From assembly GCA_051294375.1 (NCBI GenBank), contig CM119265.1, positions 19,767,642 through 19,831,641 on the forward strand: DNA of 64,000 nucleotides. The letters are read 5' to 3'. The notes under the pieces are model-generated. The model was not told the origin of the DNA. It searched no databases and saw nothing but the letters and a program-made list of their open reading frames with translations. The stretch's first letter is position 1, and the number at the start of each line of letters is the position of its first letter. Of this stretch, positions 45,201 to 58,150 are shown piece after piece. The translations under genes were made by a program, and so were the position numbers. The DNA comes from Paraspadella gotoi (Eukaryota; Animalia; Chaetognatha).

Positions 45201-48200
45201 GGGGGCCCCTTGAAAATTAAATTCCCCAGAAAAAAAAATTCAGCGTTAATTGGTTTTTCCTCGTTACGAGAACAAAAAAAAAAAAACCCCGATTCGTTGC
45301 TATTGGCGACAACGTCGGAGACATGAACGAAAACGACGATTGCCAAAACGACAGCAGTGAAAGCGACTCGACAAAATCCAAAATGCCAATAGCAATGATT
45401 ACACAAATACAACTACATATTGTGCAGTTTGGAATGGAAATAGTTGTCCTTGTGGAATTATGAATATTATAATGGAATTCAGGATAATTAAGGACCGAAT
45501 CGCGACGACGACATAAAAACGCACACTGTGTCAATGGAACGACGACGACGGACGACGACGCACGGACGACATAAATCCAACTGTGTCAATGGAGACGATA
45601 AGCACGATGACCATCCGACCGCAATTTGAACTAGAACAACGACCATAAAAACCATACAGCGACGACGAGACGACGACGACGACGACGACGCGGGCAGATG
45701 TGTACCGCGTTTTCCAGACGAAAAAAAACTCGAACGTATTTTGCAGAAAAAAAAATATATATTTCACCTTTTTTTTCCTCTCACGTTTCCTTTCATCTGT
45801 TTTAATGATATTTCATTTTTTTATGCATTATTAAATTAGTTGTTTTTTTTTTAGTCTGCCTTTTTTTTTTTAAAGGTCTGTCTGTCTTCTGTCGTTCACC
45901 GCAACAGAGAGGGAAACACAGTGAGAGTTAATTGGAGGCGACCAGGTTTTAAGGCTTCACCTTCACTCGTCTGCCTAGAGAATCATTTTTTACCGCGTTT
46001 TAAAATGCCTTCTCTTTCTCTCTCTCTCTCTCTCCTCTCTTCTCTCTCTCTCTCTCTCTCTTTTCTCTCTCTCTCTCTTTCCTCCCCTCCTCGACGCACT
46101 CTCTTTTTCCATTTTTTTTTTATTCAGCGACTTTTCAGCGCTGTTATTCAGCGAATCTTCAGCTACTATTCTTATGCAATTCCACTGAAAGCGCCTTTAC
46201 AACCCGACGAACCGCCCATCGGTGTTAGAGAGAAGGGAGGGATCCTTGGTTGCCATTTTGGCAACTCGGTGAAATTCCATTTTTCGAACACGGCTTTTTT
46301 TTTTCTTCGTGTGTTCGGGTCGGTTCGCGGGTTGTAAGTTTGTACAAACAAGACAAGACAAAGATTTGAGAAACGAATGTTTCTCGTATTTCGTCTGATT
46401 TTTTTTCCCCTTCTGCTTCCGAGGCTTAAGAATAGTTCGATATTCGTTAGGACAAATCTTAACGGTGTTGTTCTATTTTTTTTTCTTTATTTGATTTAAA
46501 ATTGACGAAGTCACTTTTTTTCGCGATGAATATTCTGATAGCCATCTTAACTTCTTCGTTCATCTTTAAAGGTGAGAGATTGAGAGAGATACGTTCTTGA
46601 AATTATGACGTACTTCAGCCAAGCGTTTTTTTTGTTGGGGCCAAACTTGATTAAGCTTTCCATTCTGGCTTTCTTGAGCCGGAAGCCCTTCTTGTGTGCG
46701 TTGCCACGAGACGAGAGAAATGCAATGTTTAACGGCGACGTCATTGTGACGCGAAGGATAAGTAAATAAAGGAATCCGTCGCTCCTTTTCAGCGAAAGAG
46801 GACGCGACGTCAACGCTGGGATACTCCAATTCGGCCCCCCCCCACTTGCGGACTCCCTTTCGCTTCGGAGATTTCTACGACGAGACCGACCAGTCAAATT
46901 AGTGAGGCTGGAGTTGGGTGTCGCGTACGAGTTTGTCGGGTAAATTTGAAATATAATTTTGTTATTTTATGCGATTTGAAGTTGTTTCGGATGCGGACAA
47001 GTTGGAAAAGCTTAGATTTATTATTTAGGACACGTTTGGTCCGTTGTTGTCTGTCATCATGGCGATGTTACATTTTAAAAAAGTAAGTAATTTCATGAAC
47101 ATTAAAGTTTTTGTATTTTGATGCTAGTTAGAGTCAATTAGCATTCCTTGATCTCATTGCTATTGTAATCTTATACTACTAATCTTTGTTATCTCAAATC
47201 TAAACAGTCTAATATGATGTCACTGTGAGAGATTCCTCAGAGTTTTTGATTGAAAGCTCTTGTGGGTCTTATTTATTCTATTAACTTAAATCATCGCTAG
47301 CCCATCCCCCTCTCTCTCTTCTTCTCTCTCTCTCCTCTCTCCTCTCTCCTCTCAACCCCTTAGGTTCTCGGCCCTCCACTGTGGAACCTCTCCGCCCCCA
47401 TCCCTCGAAGACGTCGTGGACGACGAACGACTTCAAGTCTGACGTCGACTACATCTCGGCGACGACATCGACGTTAAATGGACAAGTTCGATATGTCCGT
47501 CTAACTCCGCGCCTCCTTTATTGGAGGAAATGTTGAAAGTGGACGGGTCTGGATCTATTTGAGGTGGAGAGACGGAGAGAGAGAGATAGAGAAGAGAGAG
47601 AGAGAGGAGGAGAGAGAGAGAGAGGAGAGAGAGATAAATTTGATTTGATTTGATTAATGTGTAATGCTCATAAATGTGACAATTAAACATTTAACAATAA
47701 AATTCGTTAAAGAGCGGTACATACAAAAGTATATCAAAGTCCACGCAAGAGATGACAAAGTTTGTGAGAGAGAGAGAGAGAGAGAGATGTCCAAGTTTGA
47801 TGCCATTTGTCAGAGACAACCAACGATAAATGACGCGTATCGCGTCCAGCTGAAGAGTGGATGACGACGACCAAGTTCGTGACGCTCAAAACCCTACGCG
47901 TGCTGCAGGTCAGGAATCACGAGTCGAAATGACAGGTTTCGGCAAATTGCTTCATCAGTTTTGTCTCGTCGTAGATTGTCGTCGTCTTAATCTCGTCGTT
48001 GTTGTAGTGCGTTGTCATATAAAGACCGAGCCTTCGCGCGCTAGTAGGAACGGATACTTGCGCATTTGAGTTTAATGATGAAAAATGTCGCTTAATATCA
48101 ATCCAAGGCCCGAGGTTTAACTTTAAGCCCGATTGGCGATGAGTAGTGAAGCGCCACGTGCGCTTTAACCCACCAGTGGCGGTGGTGCCTGCAGCATTAT

Positions 48201-50750
48201 TTTAAGGCTTTGGGACTATTCGTTTTACAACGATTTTTTATGAGGTCATAATAATTATTCTCTCTTCACGAGAAACGATGAAATATTAAAAGAAAGGTTG
48301 ATATTTCAATCACTTCTTCCCACTTTTGCTCACACGCAAATCGCCCGCTCAAATTTCCTCGAACATTTTCAAATTCCCTTCTTTCCCTCTCCTTTTCTCT
48401 CCCCAACCTTTCTCAGCCCGACGGATTGACGTGCGCACGCACGCGGCGCGACTGAGGAAAATCGCGCCGAGAAACTCACGTGGTTGATCGGCGTTGGAAT
48501 ACTGGCGCCGACGCCTGTCTCGTCTTCGAGTCGCGATCGACGAGACTGCATTCGCAAAAGGCGTTGGAAGGGAAACTCGAAATCTCAGTCCAGAAAATTC
48601 CGATCAAATTCGAGGGAAAAGGTGAGAATGTCGGAGAGGATTTTTTTGTGAATATTTTTTCGTCAATCGCTCTGAGAGAGAGAGAGAGAGAACTTAAATC
48701 CGTATTCTCTTTCTTTCCTTCTTGTTTGATTATGACTTTTTATAGTTTCGTTATTTAGCTATTATAACGTCATCTCAACGTCTATTTATTTAATTATTTA
48801 AAGTCGTTACTAGGAATATTACCGGAAAATTGATAATGATTCGTGAATCATATTCCATCCAGGTAGCTGGAAAGAACGAAACAGATTGCCTCAGAAACTC
48901 GAACACGACGTGCAAGTTCACGGGCCGATTACGTTCTGTCCGACCCTCCACGGACTGTAAAGGTACATGAGCCATCGAGCCAATTAAATCGTGGTTTTCC
49001 CTCTTCGTTTTTAAAGCGTTAAAAGATTAAGAAAATAATGGCTTATTTTAGATTCTCATTAGATATCAATCGCAACTCTTACTGTCTCCAGGGAGGCAAG
49101 CCTCTCTACGAGCAAACTCCGAACCATGCTGGGCGAAACTACAGAGGGCTCGTCCCCATTCCGCTGTCTACCTCTACCCGCTGTCTCAGATAGGAAGTCG
49201 ACGGAGGCTGGAAGGCGTAGCGACTGACATCGTCGCTCGTCTCCGAAGTATCTGAAGATGTCGATCACCTGGAGTTCGGAAGCGTATCACCTGGAGTATG
49301 TTCACGATGAGAATGAGCGCTCTGCAGACGGTGGAGGGTACCGGAAAATGAGAGGTTATTGAAGTGGGCAAGGCCGGGGTTTTAATGTGGGGAAAGATTG
49401 TTGGATGTGGGGAGGATTCGTGGACATTTTAAGATTGGTTAGGAAAATGGGGCGTGGCTGCCTGGTGTGTGCTAAAGAGGAGAGAAGAAGAAAATTGAAT
49501 AATATATCATTTCTTTTCTTTTATTTTTCGCCTCCTTCTCCTCCTCCTCCTCCTCCTCCTTCTCAAGAACTCCGAACATCATCTCCAAACCGGACGCCGC
49601 TAACCCGGCGTTTGACTCGTTCTTAACCGTCTCCTGCCTTTAACGACGCCGGCCAAGGCGGACGAACCAGTTTTGCGGCGCTTTGGTTAGAGAGCGGCCG
49701 CCAGGAGGGTGGCATTCTTCGGCGCCATCTCGTATCTTGCCGGCTACAGCTCGACACCGGCTACTTTGGCGCCAACTTGCACGGCGCGAGCGGACGGTGG
49801 TGGCGTTAGGCTTCCGGTTGGCGAAGAGGAAGGACGGAGTTTTTGGAGGATATCTCGCGAAGTTGGAACAAAGAGGATGAGGAAAGAGACGACATTTTAT
49901 GACGACGGTCGATAACATGACGACGTCGACGACGACGACGACGACGAAGAAGAAGATTATTACAAAAACAACGAGATCAAGAAGAAGCATACGTCGACGA
50001 CGACGACGACGAAGAAGCGAACGACGACGACGAAGAAGAAGAAGCAACGACGACGACGACGACGAAGAGCGAACTACGACGACTACGACCGAAGCTCCCG
50101 TCGCCAGCGGGACGAGCAGCGCAAGAATCTCGGCGTTTATGCAGGCATCGAAGAAGACTGCAATTTTGGAAGGTTCCGATGAAAAGGATGGCTACAGAAC
50201 TTTCAAACACAACTAGTACGAAATAGTAAATAGTAAATAGAAATAGTTTAAATTTTTTTTCTTTCGCTGATTTTTTTCTCAGGTGTCCCACCCGGCGGAG
50301 CAGCAACTCAGCGCAAAAGCAGAGACTTTACATTGGATCTTGGAGGAGAAAAAGAAGGAGAAGCGAGACATTCAGTCTCGGTTCGATCTCTCTGGGAGAG
50401 TTTTTTGGACGACGGCGATGAGAACGAACGATGAGCCATCGTTAAATTGCAGCTCTATCGCGATGGCGACTTAGGTTAGAATGACGCGTCTCGGTGACAG
50501 GTTTCAGAATTATTTTAACTACTAGTTTGAATTGTGCCAACGTTTCGATAAAAAATCTCCGACGCTCGGGGAAAATCGAGGGGGAAGATAACGTTTTATT
50601 CCAGTCTTAATGGAGAAGGAACTCTATCAAAGTAAATTACGACAAAGGGAGAGAACGAGATGATATAATCTTAAAAATGGATGAAGAAGAATAGGCGAGT
50701 CTAATCCTCTTTTCTCTCTACTCTCTCTTCTCTCTCTCTTCTCTCTCTCT

Positions 50751-50792
<42 letters not shown>

Positions 50793-53700
50793 GGTCTATC
50801 TCTCTCTCGCCTCCTGTCTTTCTGTCTTTCTCTCCCTTTCCGTCTTAATTTTCTGCCCTTTTTAGCGTCTTCCTCTATTTATTATTCATGGAATTGCTGG
50901 AATTGATGAATCGAAACTTGGAGGAGGAGAAGGAGGAGGAGGAGGAGCAGGAAGACAGAGAAGAAGAGAAATCGGGGAAAAAACCGAAAAATAATGGGGG
51001 GACATGAGAATTAGTGTTTGAAGTAAAGCACTAGAGAAATTTAGCACTTGATACTCGAAAATGAACCAAATTATAAANNNNNNNNNNTCCTTTTTCACTT
51101 CTTTTTTTTACCTCCATCAATTTTTTTTCTTCCTTCATTTTCCTCTCCTTCCATTTTCTTTCTTTTACTCCCGGACAGTCATCGGAAATTCGCCCGGGAC
51201 TTCGAGTGCCACGCCCACCGGGGAGGCGACGACGCCCAGGGCGCGGCGTCTCCACGAACTCCCTATCCCCGCGATCTGTATAGATCCACATCCAGCCCTT
51301 CTTCCTTTTATCTTTCTTTCTTTTTTTTTCTTCTTACTTTCTTTTTTTCTTCTTACTTTCTTTTAGTCTCTCTATCCCTCTCTCTTTTCTGCCCAAGACG
51401 CACCACTTCAACCGTAGTCATTTATCAAAGTCTAAAAAACCCGATCGAGCCGGTCTCGCCTTGTCCTCGCCTTGTCCTCACCTTGTCCTCACCTTGTCCT
51501 CACCTCAACTCACCTCAATTTAACTCACTTCACCTTCACATCACCTCAGTTCGGACAGAACAGTGATTTTTTTTTTCCGTCGTCGTGATTTCACGGCGAA
51601 GGGATATAATTTTTATTAGAGAGAGAGATTGACTGAGATTTGAATAATAATAAATATACAGTTGAAAGAGTTCCTAAAACATTGTAAGCCAGATAATCTG
51701 AGAGTTTATAAACTGGACTGTCTTGATTGAAAACTTTCAGGTTCCTGATATGTTATCATCTTGAAAAGAGGGATGCAGGCATTAATCTATCAAAGGCAGG
51801 GGCAAAATACGGAACTTATTATTTAATGAATAGATAATTTTATATTGCTTGTTATCTACGTATTTTTGCTTGAAGCATCCACGACAACAACGACAACAAG
51901 TTCGTTCCCCGATTCACNNNNNNNNNNNNNNNNNNNNNNNNNNNNNNNNNNNNNNNNNNNNNNNNNNNNNNNNNNNNNNNNNNNNNNNNNNNNNNNNNNN
52001 NNNNNNNNNNNGTGATCATCAGGTTTTTCCGAGTTTTCCTGACCCCATTAATGTTGGAAAATAGTATCTCTTGGTTCGTTTCTGTCTTAGTTTCTCTCTT
52101 TTTTTATGGTTTTTCCGTCTTCTTTCAGGTATTCTCGGTTTCTGTTTTTCTGTTTTTCTGTTTTCCCAATTCTATCTTCTGCCGTTATCTTACAATCGCT
52201 GTCGTCGTTCCTTGTACACGGCATTACTTTATTTTTTTATGCTTTATAAGGGAGTTAAAGGTCCATAACCCATTTTCCCGCCATTTCCAACATTTTATAA
52301 AAATTTGGGGCAACCAATGAAAAAAAATTATCTTGTAATTCAATAAATAAGCTACACAGTCATTACAGCCTCCTGACTCTGGACAGGTCACGGTTTAACT
52401 CAGTTCCTAACTTTCACTCCATCTCAATCGAGATTGGAACCCAACCGTTTTTAGNNNNNNNNNNNNNNNNNNNNNNNNNGGGGAGAGAGATTTACAGACA
52501 ATCAGGTTTACGATTAATTTAAATAATATAATGATTTTTTATTTCAAAAACATTATAAAACAAAGCATTTCTTACATCCTTGGAAGTTAAGTTTTCCCTC
52601 TCAAAAGTTCCTCCTGTATTTCTTTTTATAAATGAAAGTAGTTTTTTGATATATGATCAGAAAATTTAAAGCAAATTAATAGAGACATGTTTTTTATAAC
52701 CGATAACTCAAAAAAATATGAGTCGCCGTTCATGTTGCCGCATCTACAACACAAAAAGGATCGCTAATGCGTCGGCAATTCTATGTATTTGCTTCATTCA
52801 AAATTTTAGTAATATTTATTAGATCGTAATTTATTTTCTCCTGATCATTCTAAACATAATATCTACTTACAAATCATTGATTATGATATTGAATGGATGC
52901 CCCTTTTCACTTATCTAAATATGTATATTAGCGGTGGTAGCATTATGTGCCCACGTATTATTGGGCGCGCATTAAAATTGCGCCCAGCACTAGGAATTGC
53001 ACCATGGTAGCAAATTGGGCCACATACAATTGCACCCATCAGCAATTCCGCCACGTATTCCACATATTCGCCACGTTATTCGCTACACGTGGGTACAATC
53101 CTCAGGAACCTAGTTGACTAAAAATTACTTTAAAAAAATATAGACAAATATTTACATCTTAACTAATTTTAAATAATTTAAAATTTCTTCTTCTGCAGTA
53201 ATTTTATAAAAAATAATTTTTCTTTAATTAAATTATTATTATTAAAATTATTAAATACTAATTTTAATAATTAGCAATTATTATTTTTTTTAAATTTTAG
53301 CTTTTATTGGTTATTTTTAATCTTTGTTATTCAAGTTTTTCCATATTTAACCTACACTTTATTAAAGCACGTAATAATAGTAACTTAGAACGAATGAATT
53401 ATAAAATTTATAATACAAATTCTATATTATATTATATGTAAATAAAGGAACCTTAAACAAGAGCAAAATTAGTTAATATTTTATTTATGCAAAAATCTCT
53501 TGAATTCCTCAATTTTGGTAAGAAAAAGAGGCATTCCAAAGATCTCAATTTAATTGCTCATTTTGTCTATTTCATATTAGTATAAAATACTATAAATTAA
53601 TTTATATTTATAATAATATATTCTAAAAAACTATAATATTCCAATTATTTATTATATTACAAATAATAAAACGTCTTAAAATACGGCGAATAAGAGCGTC

Positions 53701-55246
53701 ATCGTATCTGACAAATTCGAGATCGTAAAGCTAATTTGCCATAATTTGGAGCCAGATAAAAGTCGACCGGGATCTGCTCATGTTGAGAATTTCAAAAATC
53801 GAACTAAAAAGGTGTTTTAAATTAACAGTATATATATGTGTGATCACTTGGTGTGAACGTTTTTGAAAATCTGATCATCTGATAAACAACTATTTTTAGT
53901 TGGCGCATCCGAGTACTCTGCACTTTTTGGTCGGTCTGTCGGATCCCGTCGGTCGGACGGTATATTTATCTGTCGAATCTGGTTTCAAAAATAGGAAAAA
54001 AACTATTTAAAAATTTTAACATTTTCTATAGTGAGTACTATGTATAAATATGGGCGTATGCGAAAATTGAAGTAATTCTAAAAGAATCGTCCGCGACTGA
54101 CAGAGTCGTATCCATACTTTTATTCACCCACTAACTTTTTTTTCAGCACTTCCGATTGAACGACGACGACGACGACGACGACAACGACGACGACGAACCC
54201 TATTTCCTCATTAACCCGAATCGAATCTCTGGGACTTTGGGATCACATTTCCAGAGGAAAACGAAAGAAAGATTTGGGGAGGGGGGAACTTCCAGAGGGT
54301 TTCGATATTCCTCAGTGTTCGCGATATCAAGGGGTTTTTTTTTACAGGATTTAACCACGAAATGATCGGCATCAAGCCAGGATCAATAAACAAAGAGCTC
54401 TGCCACACCATTGGGGCTTCAATAGGTCAGCCGGTAGGTTTTTGATCCCACGGATATAATTGCAAAAAAATGCGGCTTTCTTAGCCCCTGAAATTATTTG
54501 AACTTGGCAAGGTAACTGGACCGTAAAGAGAGATTCTTTTCACAGAGAATAGCTCTTCTAATGAGACGAGGCTTTTCCGCCGGGAGTTAATCCCGGGGAC
54601 GCAATCCATATCCGGAAGTTGATCCCTCCTTTAAATAGATTCTGCCCCGTTGTTGAGATCATTCACCGAATCTTTTCAAGGATTTAACCCAGCGAAAAAT
54701 GATCCTTCCCAAAAAAAAAAAAAAAAAAAAAACTGTTTCCCCAATATAATACGTATATGGAAAAAGTTACTCTGCTACCGTGATACTGATACATTCCTAT
54801 AAAGTGATACATCTCAAAAACCGATTCTTCTGTCAATGATCAATCACTGAGATGCGATCTACTCCTAAAGTGATTCATTCTCCTTTTTTCACGTGATCTT
54901 TCCTTGTCAATCATCCCGAAGATCTGAGACCTTAAAAACAGATCTTTCCAAAAAAGATCCTCTTCGAAGAGATGATCCATCCCTTTCTCATAAGTGATAT
55001 TTTCGGTGAAGTGATGTGTCCCTGCGAACTGATCCATCCCGCGCAAGTGATTCCTCCCCGCGACAAAGAGAAAGCTGATTAGGTACCGGGTCCCCGGATG
55101 TCGTCGGGGGAGTAATTGAGAGGAGCATCATTGAAGATTAATGAAGGAACGCAGGCGAAAGAAACCGCACCCAATTTTTCTATCGTGCGTGAGAGAAGGA
55201 GAGAGAGTGGAGAGAGTGAGAGAGAGAGAGAGAGAGAGAAGAGAAG

Positions 55247-55295
<49 letters not shown>

Positions 55296-56570
55296 CAGAG
55301 AGAGAGAGAGAGGTACCTTTGTCCCCAGGGCGCGAAGCGATTTTTTTTTCGTCCCGGCGCGTCTGTCTCTCGCGCTCTCGCTCTCTCTCGCCCCGCTTTC
55401 ATCCTCTACCCCCGCTCTCTTTCTATCTTTGGCTGATCTGTCTATCTTTCTCTCTCATTACGAGACGAAAATGGGAACTCACGTAGCGACGCTCCTTCGC
55501 CAACTCATTTCTCCAGTTACCCTTAGGGAGAAATTTTTTTTTTTTAATTTTTTTCCGCGTAATTTTTCTTTTTTTCCTTTTCTTTCTTTCCTTTTTCCCC
55601 TTCGGACGAGACACGTGGACTGAATTTGTCGGGGAAAAAAAAAAGAAGATCCCAGACGTGAATCACGTGACTCAAATTAACCGGAAGTTTTAATTCGAGA
55701 GGCGACCATTTTCTCCTTCGCTTTTTTTAACTCATCAAATAAAAGAAAGTTTAATCTTGCGTTTCGAATTAATCGTCGCATCGCGTCTCCTTTTCAAGAA
55801 TGTTCATTGTTTTTCGTTTGATCGAGTTGTAAATTAACGAAAGTGCAAAGTATGGCCCTCTGGTGACGTAAATTGAAGCTTTAGTGAGGCTCTTCTGTTT
55901 TTGTTTTTTTTGTTTTTTTTTTTGTTTGGTTTTTTTATTTTTTCTTTTTAATTAACTTCGAATTGCGAGAGTAAAAAGTGAATGATATCATCTAAAAGAG
56001 TAGTGGACTAAACTATATAGACTCTGAAATTTTATCACGTGCTCACCCGCTTGATCGAGTTGCCCGTCGCCGTCTTTGTCGAATTGATCCAAGAATTCGG
56101 CGATGTCTTGATCTGAGAATTGGAATCCCGCCGCCCTGAAATGCGATACAATAAAATAAATTAAAAACTTGAAAATTCTTAAAAATAAACGTACTACTAC
56201 GTTTCCATTTACTAACGAACATAATGTTGAAAGCTTTATGGTCTTATGGGGCCCCTTGAAAATTAAAATTCCCCAGAAAAAAAATTCAGCGTTAATTGTT
56301 TTTCTCGTTACGAGAAACAAAAAAAAACCCTGATTCGTTGCTATGGCGACAACGTCGGAGACAGGAACGAAAACGACGATGCCAAACGACAGCAGTGAAA
56401 GCGACTCCGACGAAAATCAAAATGCCAATAGCATGATTACACAAATACAACTGACATATTGTGCAGTTGGAATGGAATAGTTGTCGCTTGTGGAATTATG
56501 AATATATAATGGAATTGAGGATAATTAAGGACGATCGCGACGACGACATAAAACCAACTGTGTCAATGGA

Positions 56571-56618
<48 letters not shown>

Positions 56619-56707
56619 ATAAATCCAACTGTGTCAATGGAGACGATAAGCACGATGACACATCCGACCGCAATTGAACTAGAACAACGACCATAACAAC
56701 CATGACA

Positions 56708-56742
<35 letters not shown>

Positions 56743-57415
56743 GGCAGATGTACCGCGTTTTCCAGACGAAAAAAAAACTCGAACGTATTTTGCAGAAAAA
56801 AAATATATATTTCACCTTTTTTTTTCCTCTCACGTTTCCTTTCATCTGTTTTTAATGATATTCATTTTTTTATGCATATTAAATTAGTTGTTTTTTTTTT
56901 AGTTCTGCTTTTTTTTTTTAAAAGGCTCTGTCCTGTCCCTTTCTTGTCGTTCACCGCCCACCAGACAGGGAAAGACAGTGAGAGTTTAAATTCATGGAGT
57001 GCGACGGCAGGTTTTTAATGGTTCAGCCCTTCCTACCTCCAATACTCATACGTTTAATCGTTAAATCTCTTAATTGTCTTAATTGTCAAATTGTCTTTTT
57101 AATTTCAGAAAAAAAAAAAATTACCAACTCGTCTGCCTCAGAGAATTCATATTTTTTATTCCGCCGGTTTAAAATTTCCGTTTCTCTCTCTCTGCTCTGC
57201 TCTCTTCTCTCTCTCTCTCTCTCTCTCTCTCCTCTCTCCATCTCTTCTCTCTCTCTCTCTCCTCGTCCGTCTCATTTCCGCTTATCTAAATAAAATTGAA
57301 TGAACAAATGAATAGAATGAGATGGATTCTTTCTGTCGTTTTTGGATCCCGAGAGACTACTAAAATTAAAACGAACGCAAGAAAGAGAGAGAGAGATGAG
57401 AGAGAGAGAGGGAGA

Positions 57416-57447
<32 letters not shown>

Positions 57448-57453
57448 AGAAGA

Positions 57454-57496
<43 letters not shown>

Positions 57497-58150
57497 AGAG
57501 AGAGAGAGAGCTTGCCTTACGCTTCATAGGCCCTTGGCGAGTTCCGGCCCCGATATCTTCCCACTTCCATCGGTGTCGACTTTGTTGAAGATCTCCTTCG
57601 TCTGTTGAATCTTTTCCGCCTTCATGAGACCGAGAAACTCGTCAAAGTTGATTGTGCCGCTGGCTGCAGAATCGGAAAAAAGTTGGGAGAGGTCAGGATT
57701 TAGGGTGAGGTCGCCACGTAGCCGTAGCGTCGCTCGCTTGGTTGTCGAGAGAGAGTTCGGTGATAAGAGAAAAACCAAAAAACAGAAATAGGAAAGCGAG
57801 ATTGTTTATAACAACAACAACGAAAACCGGTATCTTGTTTAACAATTACCCAACCTGTTGCCATCTGTTCTCGCGTGATTTTTAGTGTTAGTTCCCTTAA
57901 GATTCTAGAGATTTTAAACTTTCCACCGCAACTGCGACACTTTTTCGCGTTTATTTATTTACAAGATCTCGAAATAAATAATAAATTGAAACCGACAACA
58001 ACCGCAACAACGACGACGACGACCCGGCCGAAATCTCACCGTCCTTGTCGGCCAGCCTGAGGATCTCGTCGACGTAGGACTGAGAGGCGTTCCGCGCCTG
58101 TCGACCCTTCAGTTCAGGTTTCGCGTCTAGGAGATCGAAGATTCTACGGG
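40082..58150 (-). CDS. Calmodulin-like EF-hand Ca-binding protein, 5' end in/before the gap: exons >58150-58040, 57663-57521, 56135-56047 (duplicate at 45085-44993), 40101-40082
   Basis: EF loops ADKD|ASGTINFDEF, VDTDGSGKISGPEL, FDKDGDGQLDQA|EFMKML*; GT-AG junctions; apparent indel error with an in-frame TGA near 57524-57535. Confidence 0.85.
40607..40646 (+). CDS. Candidate micro-exon of a + strand gene nested in the EF-hand gene intron (LMDFEKLCRRMKP)
   Basis: T-rich acceptor, perfect GTAAGT donor followed by a G-rich tract; possible partner exon at ~41390-41510. Confidence 0.25.
46095..50492 (+). pseudogene. Inverted, indel-ridden partial copy of the toxin-like gene (ATG 46526 to exon end ~50474); most likely an assembly artefact, possibly a real paralog
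   Basis: Reverse complement of ~35005-39530 including introns; frameshifts in most exons; left junction inside a (TC)n tract. Confidence 0.7.
52455..53899. mobile_element. AT-rich insertion absent from the first copy (site ~42846-42852), flanked by a TTTTTAG duplication
   Basis: ccgtttttag|N...tatttttag|ttggcg versus ccgtttttagttgcg; contains AATTGCNCC short repeats at 52940-53110. Confidence 0.5.
56047..56135 (-). CDS. EF-hand gene exon (AAGFQFSDQDIAEFLDQFDKDGDGQLDQA)
   Basis: ttcag acceptor, gtgagc donor; canonical EF loop. Confidence 0.85.
57521..57663 (-). CDS. EF-hand gene exon (SGTINFDEFLGLMKAEKIQQTKEIFNKVDTDGSGKISGPELAK)
   Basis: ctgcag acceptor, gtaagg donor; parts of two EF loops. 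Confidence 0.88.
58040..58150 (-). CDS. EF-hand gene exon (RIFDLLD...SQSYVDEILRLADKD), 5' part in gap
   Basis: gtgaga donor, phase-1 join completing DKDASGTINFDE. Confidence 0.8.

Larger units (their letters stand above)
50493..57250 (+). repeat. Direct duplicate of 40690-46080 carrying an extra ~1.4-kb insert
   Basis: Both copies start ggtgacaggtttcagaatt and are colinear throughout with scattered indels. Confidence 0.85.
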
